The notes beneath the pieces were generated by a model, which saw nothing but the letters and a program-made list of their open reading frames with translations, was not told where the DNA came from and searched no databases. The position numbers and the translations under genes are program-made. 64,000 nucleotides of DNA from Eledone cirrhosa (taxonomy: Eukaryota), in contig OZ024762.1 of the NCBI GenBank assembly GCA_964016885.1, positions 8,060,001 through 8,124,000 of the forward strand. The letters are read 5' to 3'. Positions 40,857 through 55,593 of this stretch are shown here, in pieces. Positions within the stretch are counted from its first letter, which is position 1. Each line of letters starts with the position of its first letter.

Positions 40857-41209
40857 AGTATATATATATATATATGTGTGTGTGTATGTATATATATATA
40901 TATGAGTGTATGTTTATATACTGTACATAAGAGGACTGGGATGTAGTGTTACAGTTTGAGAGAAGACTTGGTATGGGTATGTGAAGTGTGTGGAAGATAC
41001 CAGCTGCATGAAGAAATACAGAAAAACCCTAGTGGCTGGGACCCATAGAAGAGTCAGACCCAGGGAGACTTGGGGCAAGGTTGTGAAGAGGGACCTTAAA
41101 AAACTAAATAGCACAGCAGAGATGACAATAGATCTTAATGGTGTACTGGTGAAAATCCATTCCCCGTGTCCCTCCTTCTCCATAGTAGCTATCCACGCCA
41201 TTTACTGCA

Positions 41210-41790
41210 CCTTTAGTTGCGTTAAGGGCATGACAAACTCCCCCAGTGTTGGCGATCTACATGATAAAAGCACCCAGTAGACTCTGTAAAATGGTTGGTG
41301 AGAAGAAGGGCTTCTAGCCGTAGAAAGCTTGCCAAAGAAAGAGTTGGGAGGGCTCTTCAGTTGTGTGAAGGATATGACAGACCTAGCCCCCCGCCCAAGT
41401 GTTGATCTACATGATAAAAGGATCCAGTACAATCTATAAAGTTGTTGGTGATAGGAAGGGCATCTAACCAAACAAAGGGTTAGGAGGGACCTTCAGTTGT
41501 GTCAAGGACACGACAGACCCGCCAAGTGTTGATATACATGATAAAAGTACACAGTACTCGCTGTAAAATAGTTGGTGATAGGAAGGGCATCTAGCCACAC
41601 AAAGGGTTAGGAAGACCCCCTCAGTTGTGTCAAGGACATATCAACCTCCCTAGTGTTGGTGATCTACATGATAAAAGCACTTAGTAGACGTTGTACAATG
41701 GTTATTGATAAGAAGGGCATCCAGCTGTAAAAAGCTTGCCAAAGGGTAAGGGAGGGCCCTTCAATTGTGTCAAGGACATGACAGGCTTTC
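41210..41790 (+). repeat. Tandem ~120-140 bp units built from the SINE-B central block
   Basis: 4-5 repeats of gatctacatgataaaagcacccagta..ctgtaaa..gttggtgataggaagggcatctagcc...cagttgtgtcaaggaca. Confidence 0.75.
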
Positions 41791-42233
41791 TTGTGCACTC
41801 GGTAGAACGTGAGACTGTATGTAAGCGAGTTGCAGATCGTTGGGCCTGTCTGGGGGCTCAGTAACCCCACTTCAGTACTGACTTGGTCTATGTAGACCTG
41901 TCACAGCAAGGAAAGTGGACGTTAAATTATGATCATGCTCTATATACATACACGTGTGTATATATACACACACATGTGCATATATATATATATATATATA
42001 TTAGTAATCGGTTTCTGTTACACGAATCTAAGAATCTTAGTAACGTGGATCGAGGACTGTCTCAGCATATACACACACAGATACATATATATGTGTGGGT
42101 GTGTGTATGTTTGTGTGTGATTAATTTCACATTTGCATATGTAAATGTGAAATTAACCAAATTTTGTATATTTCAACTTATCCCTTGTTCTGCCAATTTC
42201 GGGCATTTTTTACGAAATCCACTGTATATATAT

Positions 42234-42266
<33 letters not shown>

Positions 42267-42268
<2 letters not shown>

Positions 42269-42457
42269 GGAACGAGTAGGACCCCGACGGCTGAGCTCAA
42301 GCCGTTTCGACGTTTCTGAGTCCAGAATTAGCCGCCGAAACGGCTTGAGCTCTGCCGTCGGGGTCCTACTCGTTCCTATCACCCACTCTACTATCCTAAG
42401 TATTGAGTACTTTGGTGCGTTATGGTCCATCTGGTTCCTTACCACATTTCCTTCGTT
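42267..42457. mobile_element. Penelope-like terminus family P3, palindromic
   Basis: ~43-bp arms ataggaacgagtaggaccccgacggc.gagctcaagccgtttcg and its complement; hammerhead 3' half GAAAcggc..gccGTC; flanked by (TA)n. Confidence 0.68.
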
Positions 42458-42966
42458 ATATATATATATATATATACCTGTGTGGAAGACAAACAGAGGG
42501 TGGCGGGCTAGTAAGTAGAATGGTCCTATATACACACAGTATTCAACACACGTGGTAGTAGACAGTCCTATATACACTCACTATTTAACACATGTGGCAG
42601 AAAGATGAAATAATACCAACCTCACCCTCCCTCCCTCCCTCCCTAATTTTACAGCTTGTGTAGGATTAGTTACTAGTGATACATGTAATGTATATATAAA
42701 CAGATGACTGTGTGTTAGTGCGCGCGCGTGTGTATATACACACACATATATATATGTATATATATATATATACACACACACATATATATATATATACACA
42801 CACACACATATATATACACACACACATATACACACACACACATATATATACATATAAAACATTCGCCCTTACAGGGATCTTTAGAAACATGTACACACAT
42901 ATATATATATATCATCATCATCGTTTTACGTCCGTTCTTCCACGCTAGCATGGGTTAGACGGTGTG

Positions 42967-43053
<87 letters not shown>

Positions 43054-43468
43054 CAATTGTATCGTGGAAGAAAATCGTTTTAGCCATTTAAAAAGAAATA
43101 GATGTTAAATGCAAAGTACATGCATACATGTGTGTGTGTGATCAGGGTTGCTTGCATATGTGTGTGTGTGTGTGATCAGGGTTGCTTGCATTGTATGTGT
43201 GTGTGTGATCAGGGTTGATTGCATTATATGTGTGTGTGTGTGTGGTGAGAGGGACAAATGCAATGTAATTACACGCACCTACATACACACACACACACAC
43301 ACATACACGTGTGATATTGACGGGGCATGAAACATCTAACATGTATGTGTGTGTAGAAATGTACATACATGCACACACACACATACATAGATCAATGTGT
43401 GCCTATATATATATATATATTTACGCACATTGATATGCATTTATACAGACACATATAGTGCCTGTGTC

Positions 43469-43504
<36 letters not shown>

Positions 43505-43897
43505 CAGAGGGGATTTTCAAGGTATATTCTCCTTGGCTATGTCAAAATTTATAAAACACACTTCGTATTTTATGATAACAGCGTACCAAAATTTTTGGTA
43601 CCCTTCAAATATATATAATAGAATAAATATGGTTTTATAAATATAGTTTCCATTTATTTAATATCATTGTATGTATATATATATATAAATATATATGATT
43701 CCCCGACGACTACAGAAGTCAAAGGACTGATCATGCTATTATATATAGTACTTGTGTTTGTGTATATTTCAACCCAATTTAAATCCTAAAAAAAAACAAA
43801 ATGTTTAAACAATTTTAACAAAAAAAAATCCATTAAAAAGATAAGTTTCCATTAAATCCATAAAATCCATTAATAGCAAGAAGTTGTGTTGTTCATT

Positions 43898-44020
43898 CTT
43901 ACCTGAATATATCAACAGCTATAACATATCATCCTTATGACGACGATGATGATGGTGGTCTTGGCAGAAAGGTATCCAATGTATATATAACAAGCATTTC
44001 TTGCTGTTCCTCACGATCGT
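43898..44020 (-). other. Candidate non-coding 5' exon end of a minus-strand gene (splice donor CAG|GTAAG)
   Basis: Plus-strand cttacctg at 43898-43905 in unique sequence near the promoter-like block; no credible ORF. Confidence 0.35.
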
Positions 44021-44279
44021 ATATATATATATATATGTAACAACAACAACAACAACAACAGCAGCAATAACAGCAAACGATAATAGCAGTAATAATGATG
44101 ATAATAGTTTGGTTGTGTTTATATGGTGGGGGTGTGTATAGATAGAGATAAGGGGCTGGAATGAAGGGTTTGAAGGAAGGTTTGGAGAGGAGAGATGTGA
44201 TCGGACAGAAAACTTTCAAATATTGGTTATTTGGGACGGTGTGTATATGTGTTTAGAGTGTTTAATGTGTGTGTGTGTG

Positions 44280-44322
<43 letters not shown>

Positions 44323-45325
44323 AGAAGAAATGATGCTTCAGTGTGAGGGTTTAGAGTGTTTATAGATATATATGTATGTGTGTGTGTCTATATTACATAT
44401 ACATACATATATATATATATATATAAACAGAAGGAATTATGCTTCAGTGTGTATATTATATATATATATATGTTATATAATATATATGAATGTGAGAAAG
44501 GGGATTGTGTGTGTGTGTATGTTTTTAAAAGGGGGTCATAAAAAAATGCGTATGTGAATGTTTCTCCAAGCTTAATCGAAACATTTGCCATAAATCAGAC
44601 TTAACTTTCCCTCTACACACACACACACATATTCACATACATACATATACATATATATACATATATATATACACACAGAACTATATATGTATGTGTGCAG
44701 CTGAGTTCATTCACAATTAGAATTATTGAACTTTTGAAAGGTTAATTCCTCTTTTGTTCTGTTGTTATTTTTTTTTTTATTCTGTATTTGTTGTTGCTCC
44801 ACTATAAACACTTATTAAATAAATAAATCCATAAAGTACCAGTAATACACTGGGTATTTGCTGGCCTTGTGCCAAAAGTAGAAACAATTATTATTAAATA
44901 AATCCATGTACGATCGAGGTGGGGGTTATATTATCTGTCAAATATATTTATGTAATCCGTGGAAATATAAAGACAGAAGAACCAAAAATAATTTTTTTTT
45001 TTTACTTTTCCTTCAAAGTTTCGATTTTTGTTATTTTTTTTGTTTTTGTTTTAAATATTTTCTTCTTCTTCACAATCAAACTTTGTCATCGCAATTTCTT
45101 CTTTTAATCCAGAAGTAATGATGTTTAAAACAATAACAATAACGACGAGTGGCGATAATAAAAATAGTACTAATAGTAATAAAACTTTTAACAAGGTTTC
45201 CAAAGACCGATAGAACGAGTTCTATATGAACCAAACCTTATTATAAGAAATATATTTTGATTGGGACTGATCGATTAATTTCATCGGATTTTGTTGGTAT
45301 TTGTTTTCAGAAAAGAGAAAACAAA

Positions 45326-45413
<88 letters not shown>

Positions 45414-45699
45414 CTAGTGTAGTGTTGTAAATATATACAAAACTAAACTTTAGAATTGCAATCGTAATTACTTATTACTTAATTAGTATATATTTGATTT
45501 AAAGTAATACAGGAACAATGTAGATATATAAATATAAATAGTATATATATACACATATATATATATATATATATAATATTCGTCCGAAATTTGTAGAGGT
45601 AACTTGGGAGCAAAATTTCCACTTCCAATAAAATACACTGCTCTACTTTCGGTATTGAGTACACCTTTTCTTCTTATTCATTATATATACACTCACGCA

Positions 45700-47350
45700 A
45701 TCGGTAAGCTTTCCTCCACGCCGTGTTGTTATATATTTATATACATACACATCTAGATATATATATTGTTGTATACAATGTGTGTACGCCCGATCGTGTA
45801 TAATATGCCCGCCTGTCCATGAAGTCAGCTAGCTATGTAATACATACATACATAAATATACATATGTATATGTATATATCACATATAATAATAATGATGA
45901 TGATAATCTAATATAATCCATTGGTTTGTTAGATGGAGCCAGTAAGAAGGCGGCAGACACATCAAAGATGACAACAAGAGAGTTGAAAGTAACGGGCTAA
46001 ATATGCAACATGTATGTAGTAAAGATGTTTTTAGTGTAACGACAAAAAAATGTCGGTGGGATGCAATGTTAGTTGTTTTAGTGGTAGTAGTGTGGTGGTA
46101 GAAGGCTACACTAACTACTACAGTGTTCGGCCCGAAGTAAGAACGGACAGCAGCAGTTTAGCAGTGTGCTGCTTGTTAAATCTGGTGTATATATATAAAG
46201 AGAAGATGTAGAAGAAATATAGAAACCAAGCTGGACTGTACGCAGTGACTGAAAGGCCAACATGGCCGTTTATCGCTCATTTCTCTTCTATTTATACTAA
46301 ATCTTGTTCTTACTACATTTCTGGCCTGCTTGCTTCTTCTTTCTCCTCCTTATTCGTAATTTTACACTTCATCTTCTTGTGGTTGTTTTCTTTATTTTTT
46401 TTCCCCTTCTTTTTCTTTAAAAAACAAATTGTTCCACCACAGTAGTAATGTTGTTGTTGGTGGTGATGATGTTTTGAAATGGTTTGGCTTGGCTGGTTGT
46501 CAAGTTAACTTACTGTGGTTAACAAACAATTCAGTTTAAAAGATCGGCGGAACAAACACTGACATAACCACAACAAGACCAGCAAAAACGAGGTTTTTTT
46601 ATTTTTTTATTATTTTTTTTCAAAGGAAACCAAAACGGAACTTCCTTTTTAAAAAAGGGAAAAAAACTGGCAAGGCAGACACGTGACCAAAATATATGGA
46701 AAAGTTACAAGACAATAATTATTTCTAGACACACACATTATATACACATATTACACACACACATAATATATATGTATATATATATACACATACATTATAT
46801 ATATGCATATATACACACGCACAAACTCATATTTATTTATCGGAAAATATTATTTAATTTGGAGTTTTTTTCTATTTTATCTTTCGAACAAGTAAAATAA
46901 ATAATAATTCTGTATTGGTTATAGGTAATAATATAATTTATAACAAAAGTTTTCTTTTTAATGTATGTTTAATTTTAATTCTAGAGCTGGACTGATTAAA
47001 ACATTGATAACGATAGAAAAATAACATTTCGTAATACGAAAATCACTTCAGGAACTTCTATTCCTCCATAGTATCTGCCACGTGACCTCAACATGGCGTC
47101 GTCTCTTGTTACTTACGTTATAATGTTTTTAGAGGAAAGTAGCGAATAAGGTTGAACCTTCTTTAGCTAGCATATCTTCGTTGTTGTATTACTACTACTA
47201 CAATTAAATATACATGACAACCGATCTTACATAATATACACACACACGTGTATATAAATATGCATTTATTTATATATATATATTTATTTCTCTAACTTAT
47301 CTCGGACTCAGTTCGCGATTTTATGTTGACTTCGTTTATTTTTATTTAAT
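45700..47350. promoter_or_regulatory. Promoter-like unique, CpG-containing region
   Basis: Almost TE-free. CACGTGACC at 46680 and 47079, GGAACTTC at 46637 and 47051, YY1-like AACATGGC at 46259 and 47090. Confidence 0.5.
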
Positions 47351-48694
47351 AATATAAAATTCCAATACTATTCTGATGGGGCTTTCGTAAATAAATAAAC
47401 AAATTTGGAATAACTATATATAAACTATATTTATTTATTACAAAAAACAATAATTTAAAAAAAAAATGATTATTTTTCAAACTTGGCCAAAAAACAAACA
47501 AACAAAAACATGCCCCCTCATCCTCCCTCAACATCAGAAACATAAGGCGGGGTGGGTTTAAAACAGCAAAGAATATAAGGTTGTTATACTCAGTTTTATA
47601 CAAGAGTATCAGCATTTACAAGTAATGGAATGGGTTGAAAGCAGGACCAGCAAGGTATTCAAAACTGAAGTAATCAACTCTATTTAAAGAGCATCGTTTC
47701 TGCAACATGGCATTCATACATTTTATAAACTAAAAATATTGTTTAGTTGTGAAGAAAATATTATTGTTTCATGTTAGAAGAAATAAGAAAGTTAGAAGAT
47801 GAACGAATATAAAAAAAAAAGAAGCATATACAGTGAATTTTCCAAACTCTAACCTTTAAACATTTTGATCTGATATGGTTTTATAATATGAAGTCGTTAG
47901 GTATTTTTAAACTTTTCGTTATACAATATTTATAATGAAAAACAGCCTTACGATTTTCATTTTGAAAATAATCAAGAATTTGAAGAGGTTTAGTCATATA
48001 ATTAAAACATCACATAATTAAGCTGGTATTTCGAAAATAACTTAAAGGATTTTAAATAAAATTACTATTGAAGGTTTGGGGATAAATAAATAAATATATA
48101 TACACTTAAATAAATATTTATATATATATATACTTAAAAACAGTTTTGTTCCGTAGAACCAAAAGCAGTTTAATATGAAATGGTTTAGTGTCACCATAAA
48201 AATGTTCTCCCCCTTTCTCTTCTCTCTCTCACTCCATCACTCTCTCTCTCTCACATTCTCTCCATCACTCTCACCCTCCTTTCATTGACACAGGGATGTA
48301 TAATCAGGTTCCGATATACAAATCGATACAAATTATAAACTTGACTAAATCATACTTGCTGATGTATAAACTATGATAGTTAACTTTATTTGCAACACAC
48401 TTTTTCACCATATTTCTAATTACGATTTTCAGATAATTCTGATTATAAGAATTTGAAGGGGTTTAATAATGGTTTCGGATTTAGGCACAAGGCCAACAAT
48501 TTTAGGGGGAGGGGTAAGTCGATTAAATCGACCCCGTAAGGATGAAAGGCAAAGTTGAACTCAGAAAGGATTTAATAGAAGAAACTACCTTTCTTTCTCA
48601 TCAGACCTGTCAACTCTACCCGTAGGACGAGGAAATCTCCCACCCACTTTGGAGTGGGTGAGATATGTCTTCTCTTGTGAATGGGTATAGCTTT

Positions 48695-49135
48695 GGTGGA
48701 TTGGCAGTATCGGTAGAGGGTCGGACACCATGCTTTGACGCATAGAGTTACGGCCCTTGCTATTCTGAGTTCAAATCCCGCCGAGGTTAACTTTGCCTTT
48801 CATCCTTACGGGGTCGATAAAATAAAGTACCAGTAATGCACTGGGATAATTGCTGGTCTTGTGCCAAAAGTAAAAACAATTATGTAAAATCTCCCAAATT
48901 TGCATCATTTCTCCCCGTTTTGATCACTTTCTTTCATGGTACTTCCCGCTTGCGTTTTTAGAGGTTGGCAGTCTCAGTAAAGGGTCGGACGCCATACTTT
49001 GCAGCATAGAGTTACGGCCCTTTACGATCTGAGTTCAAATCCCGCCAAGGTTAACTTTGCCTTTCATCCTTACAGGGTCGATAAAATAAAGCACTGGGGT
49101 AATTGCTGGCCTTGTGCCAAAAGTAGAAACAATTA
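48695..49135 (+). mobile_element. Two SINE-A copies (48695-48883 and 48962-49135) in or next to an unclassified repeat also present at 36995-37150
   Basis: Host sequence tgtcttctcttgtgaa..ggtatagcttt | aatct.ccca.tttgc.tcatttctcc is split by the SINE here but contiguous at 37 kb. Confidence 0.82.
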
Positions 49136-49469
49136 TGCAGATGGTGTTTGGAATATAAGTTTAATAAGTTTAACTCCAGTGATAGGTCGTCAGTATCTGT
49201 TTTTATCTGCATCAGTAAGGCCCTGTTCCTTTTACTAAGGTAAATAAATGACCCACAAAAATACTTATGGATTCACAGGGGGTGCCGTCCTGACACATGG
49301 TGTGTTTTGGGGGAATTTTAAACCTGGCAGAGACTATCCCTCTCCAAGGGTCGAACACAACGTATTTCTTCCCGAGAAAGAAAACGAATGAGGGAAGAAC
49401 CCCCCCCCCCCACACACACACACACAGTATTAGACTGGTACTTTATTTATCAACCTAAAAAAATGAAAG

Positions 49470-49920
49470 GCAAAGTTGAACTCTGGATTTGAGCTGAGAG
49501 TGCAGTGAACCAGAACTGAAGCTTATTTAATATCTTCCGCGGGAGGAGAAAGAAAAAGAGGAAAATCGACCCCCCCCCCCCCAACACCACGAGAATTTGA
49601 GCTGAGAGTGTGGTGAACTAGAACTGAAACAAAGTTGAACACCGTGGAATTTGAGCTTAGAGTGTGGTGAAATAGAACTGAAACAAAGTTGAACACCGTG
49701 GAGTTTGAGCCGAGAGTGTAGTGAACTAAAATCGAAACAAAGTTGAACACTAGAATTTGAGCTTAGAGGGTGGTGAACTAGAACTGAATGTGTGGTGAAC
49801 CAAAATTGAAACAAAATTGAGCACCATGGAATTTGAACTGAGAGTGTAGTGAACTGCAACCAAAACAAAGTTCAATGCTGTGAAATTTGAGCTGAGAGTG
49901 CAGTGAACAGCAACAGAAGC
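49470..49920. repeat. ~55-bp minisatellite derived from minus-strand SINE-A sequence
   Basis: Unit caaagttgaacaccgtggaatttgagctgagagtgt.gtgaactagaactgaaa, contiguous with tgaaaggcaaagttgaac. Confidence 0.7.
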
Positions 49921-50187
49921 TTATTTTAATTTGTCACCCTAACAACTTAGTTAATTCGCCTGCAGCAGCAGCAGCACCACCTTACTAAACAGGTTTACCA
50001 AGTGATGTCTTTCATTTACTGAACACCTGTTTCAATCATAACAGTCTCATAAGCATTCTATTGTACTACATCTAACAGATCATCTCTTAACTCATACATC
50101 TCCATTCATTAGAAAGCTTTTTTTATTTTATTGCTCATGTTTGACTATCATGCAGCAAATTAGACACATACACTCTCTCTCTCTCTG

Positions 50188-50238
<51 letters not shown>

Positions 50239-50270
50239 TCATATTTATATATAATACACACACTCTCTCT

Positions 50271-50356
<86 letters not shown>

Positions 50357-50719
50357 TCATGAAGGTATGTAGGCGCCATAGTAAAAAGGCATCCAGTACT
50401 CACTGTAAATGAGGTTGGTGTTAGGAAGGGCATCCGGCTGTAAAAATCAAGCCAGAATCAGTTCCCGTATGAGCAAGACATGGTCACCTGACCTAGCATT
50501 GCCCACAACAGGACAACTCATCTAACTCATGCTAGCGTGGAAGAATGGACATAAAACGATGATGATGAAGACATATTTATAATATACAATACACACACAA
50601 ATATATATATATATATATATCATCTTGTAGTTATGTTAGGCAAATTGCAAGTAGAATTATTGTGTTCTGAATTACAGAAATAGTTGAGGAAATATGTACT
50701 AATATAACATCTGTCACAT

Positions 50720-53700
50720 GGATTTAATGTCACAGTAACAGGTGGCTGTGATTGTGACTGTGACAGCATTAATGTCAGAGGGTTGTGACTGTGACAACAC
50801 TAATGTCACAGTAACAGAGAACGATGACTGTGACAACACTAATGTCATAGAAGCAGAAGACTGTGACAACACTAATATCATAGTAGCAGAAGACTGTGAC
50901 AATACTAATATCATAGAAGCAGAAGACTGTGACAACACTAATATCATAGTAGCAGATAACTGTGACAGCACTAATATCATAGTAGCAGAAGACTGTGACA
51001 ACACTAATGTCATAGTAGCAGATAACTGTGACAACACTAATGTCATAGTAGCAGAAGACTGTGACAACACTAATATCATAGAAGCAGAAGACTGTGACAG
51101 CACTAATATCATAGTAGCAGAAGACTGTGACAGCACAAATGTCATAGTAGCAGATAACTGTGACAGCACTAATATCATAGAAGCAGAAGACTGTGACAAC
51201 ACTAATATCATAGTAGCAGAAGACTGTGACAACACTAATATCATAGTAGCAGAAGACTGTGACAACACTAATGTCATAGTAGCAGAAGACTGTGACAACA
51301 CTAATGTCATAGTAGCAGAAGACTGTGACAGCACAAATGTCATAGTAGCAGAAGACTGTGACAACACTAATGTCATAGTAGCAGAAGACTGTGACAACAC
51401 TAATGTCATAGTAGCAGAAGACTGTGACAACACTAATGTCATAGTAGCAGAAAACTGTGACAGCACTAATATCATAGTAGCAGAAGACTGTGACAACACT
51501 AATATCATAGTAGCAGAAGACTGTGACAACACTAATATCATAGTAGCAGAAGACTGTGACAACACTAATGTCATAGTAGCAGATAACTGTGACAGCACTA
51601 ATATCATAGTAGCAGAAGACTGTGACAACACTAATGTCATAGTAGCAGAAGACTGTGACAACACTAATGTCATAGTAGCAGAAGACTGTGACAGCACAAA
51701 TGTCATAGTAGCAGAAGACTGTGACAACACTAATGTCATAGTAGCAGAAGACTGTGACAACACTAATATCATAGTAGCAGAAGACTGTGACAGCACAAAT
51801 GTCATAGTAGCAGAAGACTGTGACAACACTAATGTCATAGTAGCAGATAACTGTGACAGCACTAATATCATAGAAGCAGAAGACTGTGACAGCACAAATG
51901 TCATAGTAGCATAGTAGCAGATAACTGTGACAGCACTAATATAGTAGCAGAAGACTGTGACAACACTAATATAGTAGCAGAAGACTGTGACAACACTAAT
52001 GTCATAGTAGCAGAAGACTGTGACAGCACTAATATCATAGTAGCAGAAGACTGTGACAACACTAATGTCATAGTAGCAGATAACTGTGACAGCACTAATA
52101 TCATAGTAGCAGAAGACTGTGACAACACTAATGTCATAGTAGCAGATAACTGTGACAGCACTAATATCATAGTAGCAGAAGACTGTGACAACACTAATGT
52201 CATAGTAGCAGAAGACTGTGACAGCACTAATATCATAGTAGCAGAAGACTGTGACAACACTAATGTCATAGTAGCAGAAGACTGTGACAGCACTAATATC
52301 ATAGTAGCAGAAGACTGTGACAACACTAATGTCATAGTAGCAGAAGACTGTGACAGCACTAATGTCATAGTAGCAGAAGACTGTGACAACACTAATGTCA
52401 TAGTAGCAGAAGACTGTGACAGCACTAATATCATAGTAGCAGAAGACTGTGACAACACTAATGTCATAGTAGCAGAAGACTGTGACAACACTAATGTCAT
52501 AGTAGCAGAAGACTGTGACAACACTAATGTCATAGTAGCAGAAGACTGTGACAGCACAAATGTCATAGTAGCAGAAGACTGTGACAACACTAATGTCATA
52601 GTAGCAGAAGACTGTGACAACACTAATATCATAGTAGCAGAAGACTGTGACAGCACAAATGTCATAGTAGCAGAAGACTGTGACAACACTAATGTCATAG
52701 TAGCAGATAACTGTGACAGCACTAATATCATAGAAGCAGAAGACTGTGACAGCACAAATGTCATAGTAGCAGATAACTGTGACAGCACTAATATAGTAGC
52801 AGAAGACTGTGACAACACTAATATAGTAGCAGAAGACTGTGACAACACTAATGTCATAGTAGCAGAAGACTGTGACAGCACTAATATCATAGTAGCAGAA
52901 GACTGTGACAACACTAATGTCATAGTAGCAGATAACTGTGACAGCACTGTAGCAGAAGACTGTGACAACACTAATGTCATAGTAGCAGATAACTGTGACA
53001 GCACTAATATCATAGTAGCAGAAGACTGTGACAACACTAATGTCATAGTAGCAGAAGACTGTGACAGCACTAATATCATAGTAGCAGAAGACTGTGACAA
53101 CACTAATGTCATAGTAGCAGAAGACTGTGACAGCACTAATATCATAGTAGCAGAAGACTGTGACAACACTAATGTCATAGTAGCAGAAGACTGTGACAGC
53201 ACTAATGTCATAGTAGCAGAAGACTGTGACAACACTAATGTCATAGTAGCAGAAGACTGTGACAGCACTAATATCATAGTAGCAGAAGACTGTGACAACA
53301 CTAATGTCATAGTAGCAGAAGACTGTGACAACACTAATATCATAGTAGCAGAAGACTGTGACAGCACTAATATCATAGTAGCAGAAGACTGTGACAGCAC
53401 TAATATCATAGTAGCAGATAACTGTGACAGCACTAATATAGTAGCAGAAGACTGTGACAACACTAATATAGTAGCAGAAGACTGTGACAACACTAATATC
53501 ATAGTAGCAGAAGATTGTGACAACACTAATGTCATAGTAGCAGAAGAGTGTGACAACACTAATGTCATAGTAGCAGAAGACTGTGACAACACTAATGTCA
53601 TAGTAGCAGAAGACTGTGACAGCACTAATGTCATAGTAGCAGAAGACTGTGACAACACTAATGTCATAGTAGCAGAAGACTGTGACAGCACTAATATAGT

Positions 53701-54295
53701 AGCAGATAACTGTGACAGCACTAATATCATAGTAGCAGAAGACTGTGACAACACTAATGTCATAGTAGCAGAAGACTGTGACAACACTAATGTCATAGTA
53801 GCAGAAGACTGTGACAGCACTAATATCATAGTAGCAGAAGACTGTGACAACACTAATGTCATAGTAGCAGAAGACTGTGACAGCACTAATATCATAGTAG
53901 CAGAAGACTGTGACAGCACAAATGTCATAGTAACAGATAACTGTGACAGCACTAATATCATAGAAGCAGAAGACCGTGACAGCACAAATGTCATAGTAGC
54001 AGATAACTGTGACAGCACAAATGTCATAGTAGCAGATAACTGTGACAGCACTAATATCATAGAAGCAGAAGACTGTGACAGCACAAATGTCATAGTAGCA
54101 GATAACTGTGACAGCACTAATATCATAGTAGCAGAAGACTGTGACAGCACTAATATCATAGTAGCAGAAGACTGTGACAGCACAAATGTCATAGTAGCAG
54201 ATAACTGTGACAGCACTAATATAGTAGCAGAAGACTGTGACAACACTAATATCATAGTAGCAGAAGACTGTGACAGTACTAATGTCACAGTAACT
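50720..54295. repeat. 33-bp minisatellite, about 108 copies, stop-free frames on both strands
   Basis: Unit gactgtgacaacactaatgtcatagtagcagaa (DCDNTNVIVAE on +, SQSSATMTLVL on -). Confidence 0.95.
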
Positions 54296-54963
54296 GTGAA
54301 ATAGAGTTGATAAAATGTTAAAACTTCATGGAAGACTAAACATACAAATTAAAATTTATTAACAATTACCTGGCTCCGTGCCGTAAAAAATGACAGATAA
54401 TTGAAATATGTATACATAATATAAAAAAGATTTTTGTTGGTTTGTGATACAAACATACAAACAGACAGCTGTGACGAATCTTAAAATGCTGGACTTCTAT
54501 AGTTTCTCACCCGTCTCAGTCATCACATAGACGTGTGTATATGTAATAATTATTTTTTATAAATGTGTCTGTTTATATATATATATGTATAGATTCGTGT
54601 GTGTTTGTAATTCTATTGTCTATGTATCTTCCTAAATGAACACACACAAACACATATACACTCACACAAATATTATATAAAAATATCATTTACACAAACA
54701 CATATACACACACACCAACACTTACATAATCATAACAGCCAATGTGTGTAGCCAATTCGCTATACATATATACACACAGGTGCAGCGATGTTAAACATTG
54801 CTACCCCTTCCTTCCTCAGTCATCTCTAATGCATTATAGACAAATCATCATCATCATCACCATCATTTTACGTCCGCTTTTCCCTGCTTGCAAGGTTGGG
54901 ACGGGTCCTCTTCAGCACAGCATCTCTACATTCGTCAGAGTCACTTGTCATCTCCTCTGTGAG

Positions 54964-55221
54964 CAGAGTGGGATTTACGTATAAGCTAAACAAGCTATAG
55001 CTTAGGGCCCCCACTTTCTTGGGGCCCCGAAAAAATTGAAAAAAACGGTGTGTACATTTCCAAAATATAAGATAAAAAAGAACTAAAATAATGCAATAGT
55101 TTTAAACAATTTTCTTCTTTAATATTGAATGCTTTGCTGTTTTTATAACATATTTTCTAACATATAAAGGGCCCCATTATCTCAAAAGCTTAGGGCCTCA
55201 TCAGATCTAAATTTGGCCCTG
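54964..55221. mobile_element. hAT (Tip100-like) MITE inserted in an RTE tail
   Basis: TIRs cagagtgggattta / taaatttggccctg; 8-bp TSD tctgtgag / tctgagag; RTE tail resumes on both sides. Confidence 0.8.
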
Positions 55222-55559
55222 TCTGAGAGCTTCAGAGATCTGAGGTCAGCTCTCACCACCTCCACTCATGTTTATATTAGTAGATAAAATATAACGTGCC
55301 ATAACCAACCAATATTTACTTGACTCATAAATTTTAATGCACATATAGACTCCACATTAACATTATAGGATTAAACTCTGAACTGCCATTTACCTATCTT
55401 ACTGTGGACTATAAAATCACATTTGAGCTTTAAATTATTCTGTGCCTTATATGATTGTGTTATCAACTTGTCTGACGTGAATGAACCTGTTTTTTCTCTA
55501 AAAAATATTTTAACGTTTCTGCCACTGCCCTTTTCTCAATCGTCCTCTTTCTTCTTTAA

Positions 55560-55593
55560 TTTCTGATAAAGGACTAACGTCCGAAATGTCAAG
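55560..55593 (+). ncRNA. Degenerate Penelope-type minimal hammerhead motif
   Basis: ttt-CTGATAA-aggac taac gtcc-GAAA-t-GTC-aag; G8 is changed to A, so it is probably inactive. Confidence 0.55.

Noticed and set aside
47093-47149. ATGGCG as a start codon of a gene
   Set aside because: The frame stops after 18 codons with no convincing donor; better read as a YY1-like motif or uORF.
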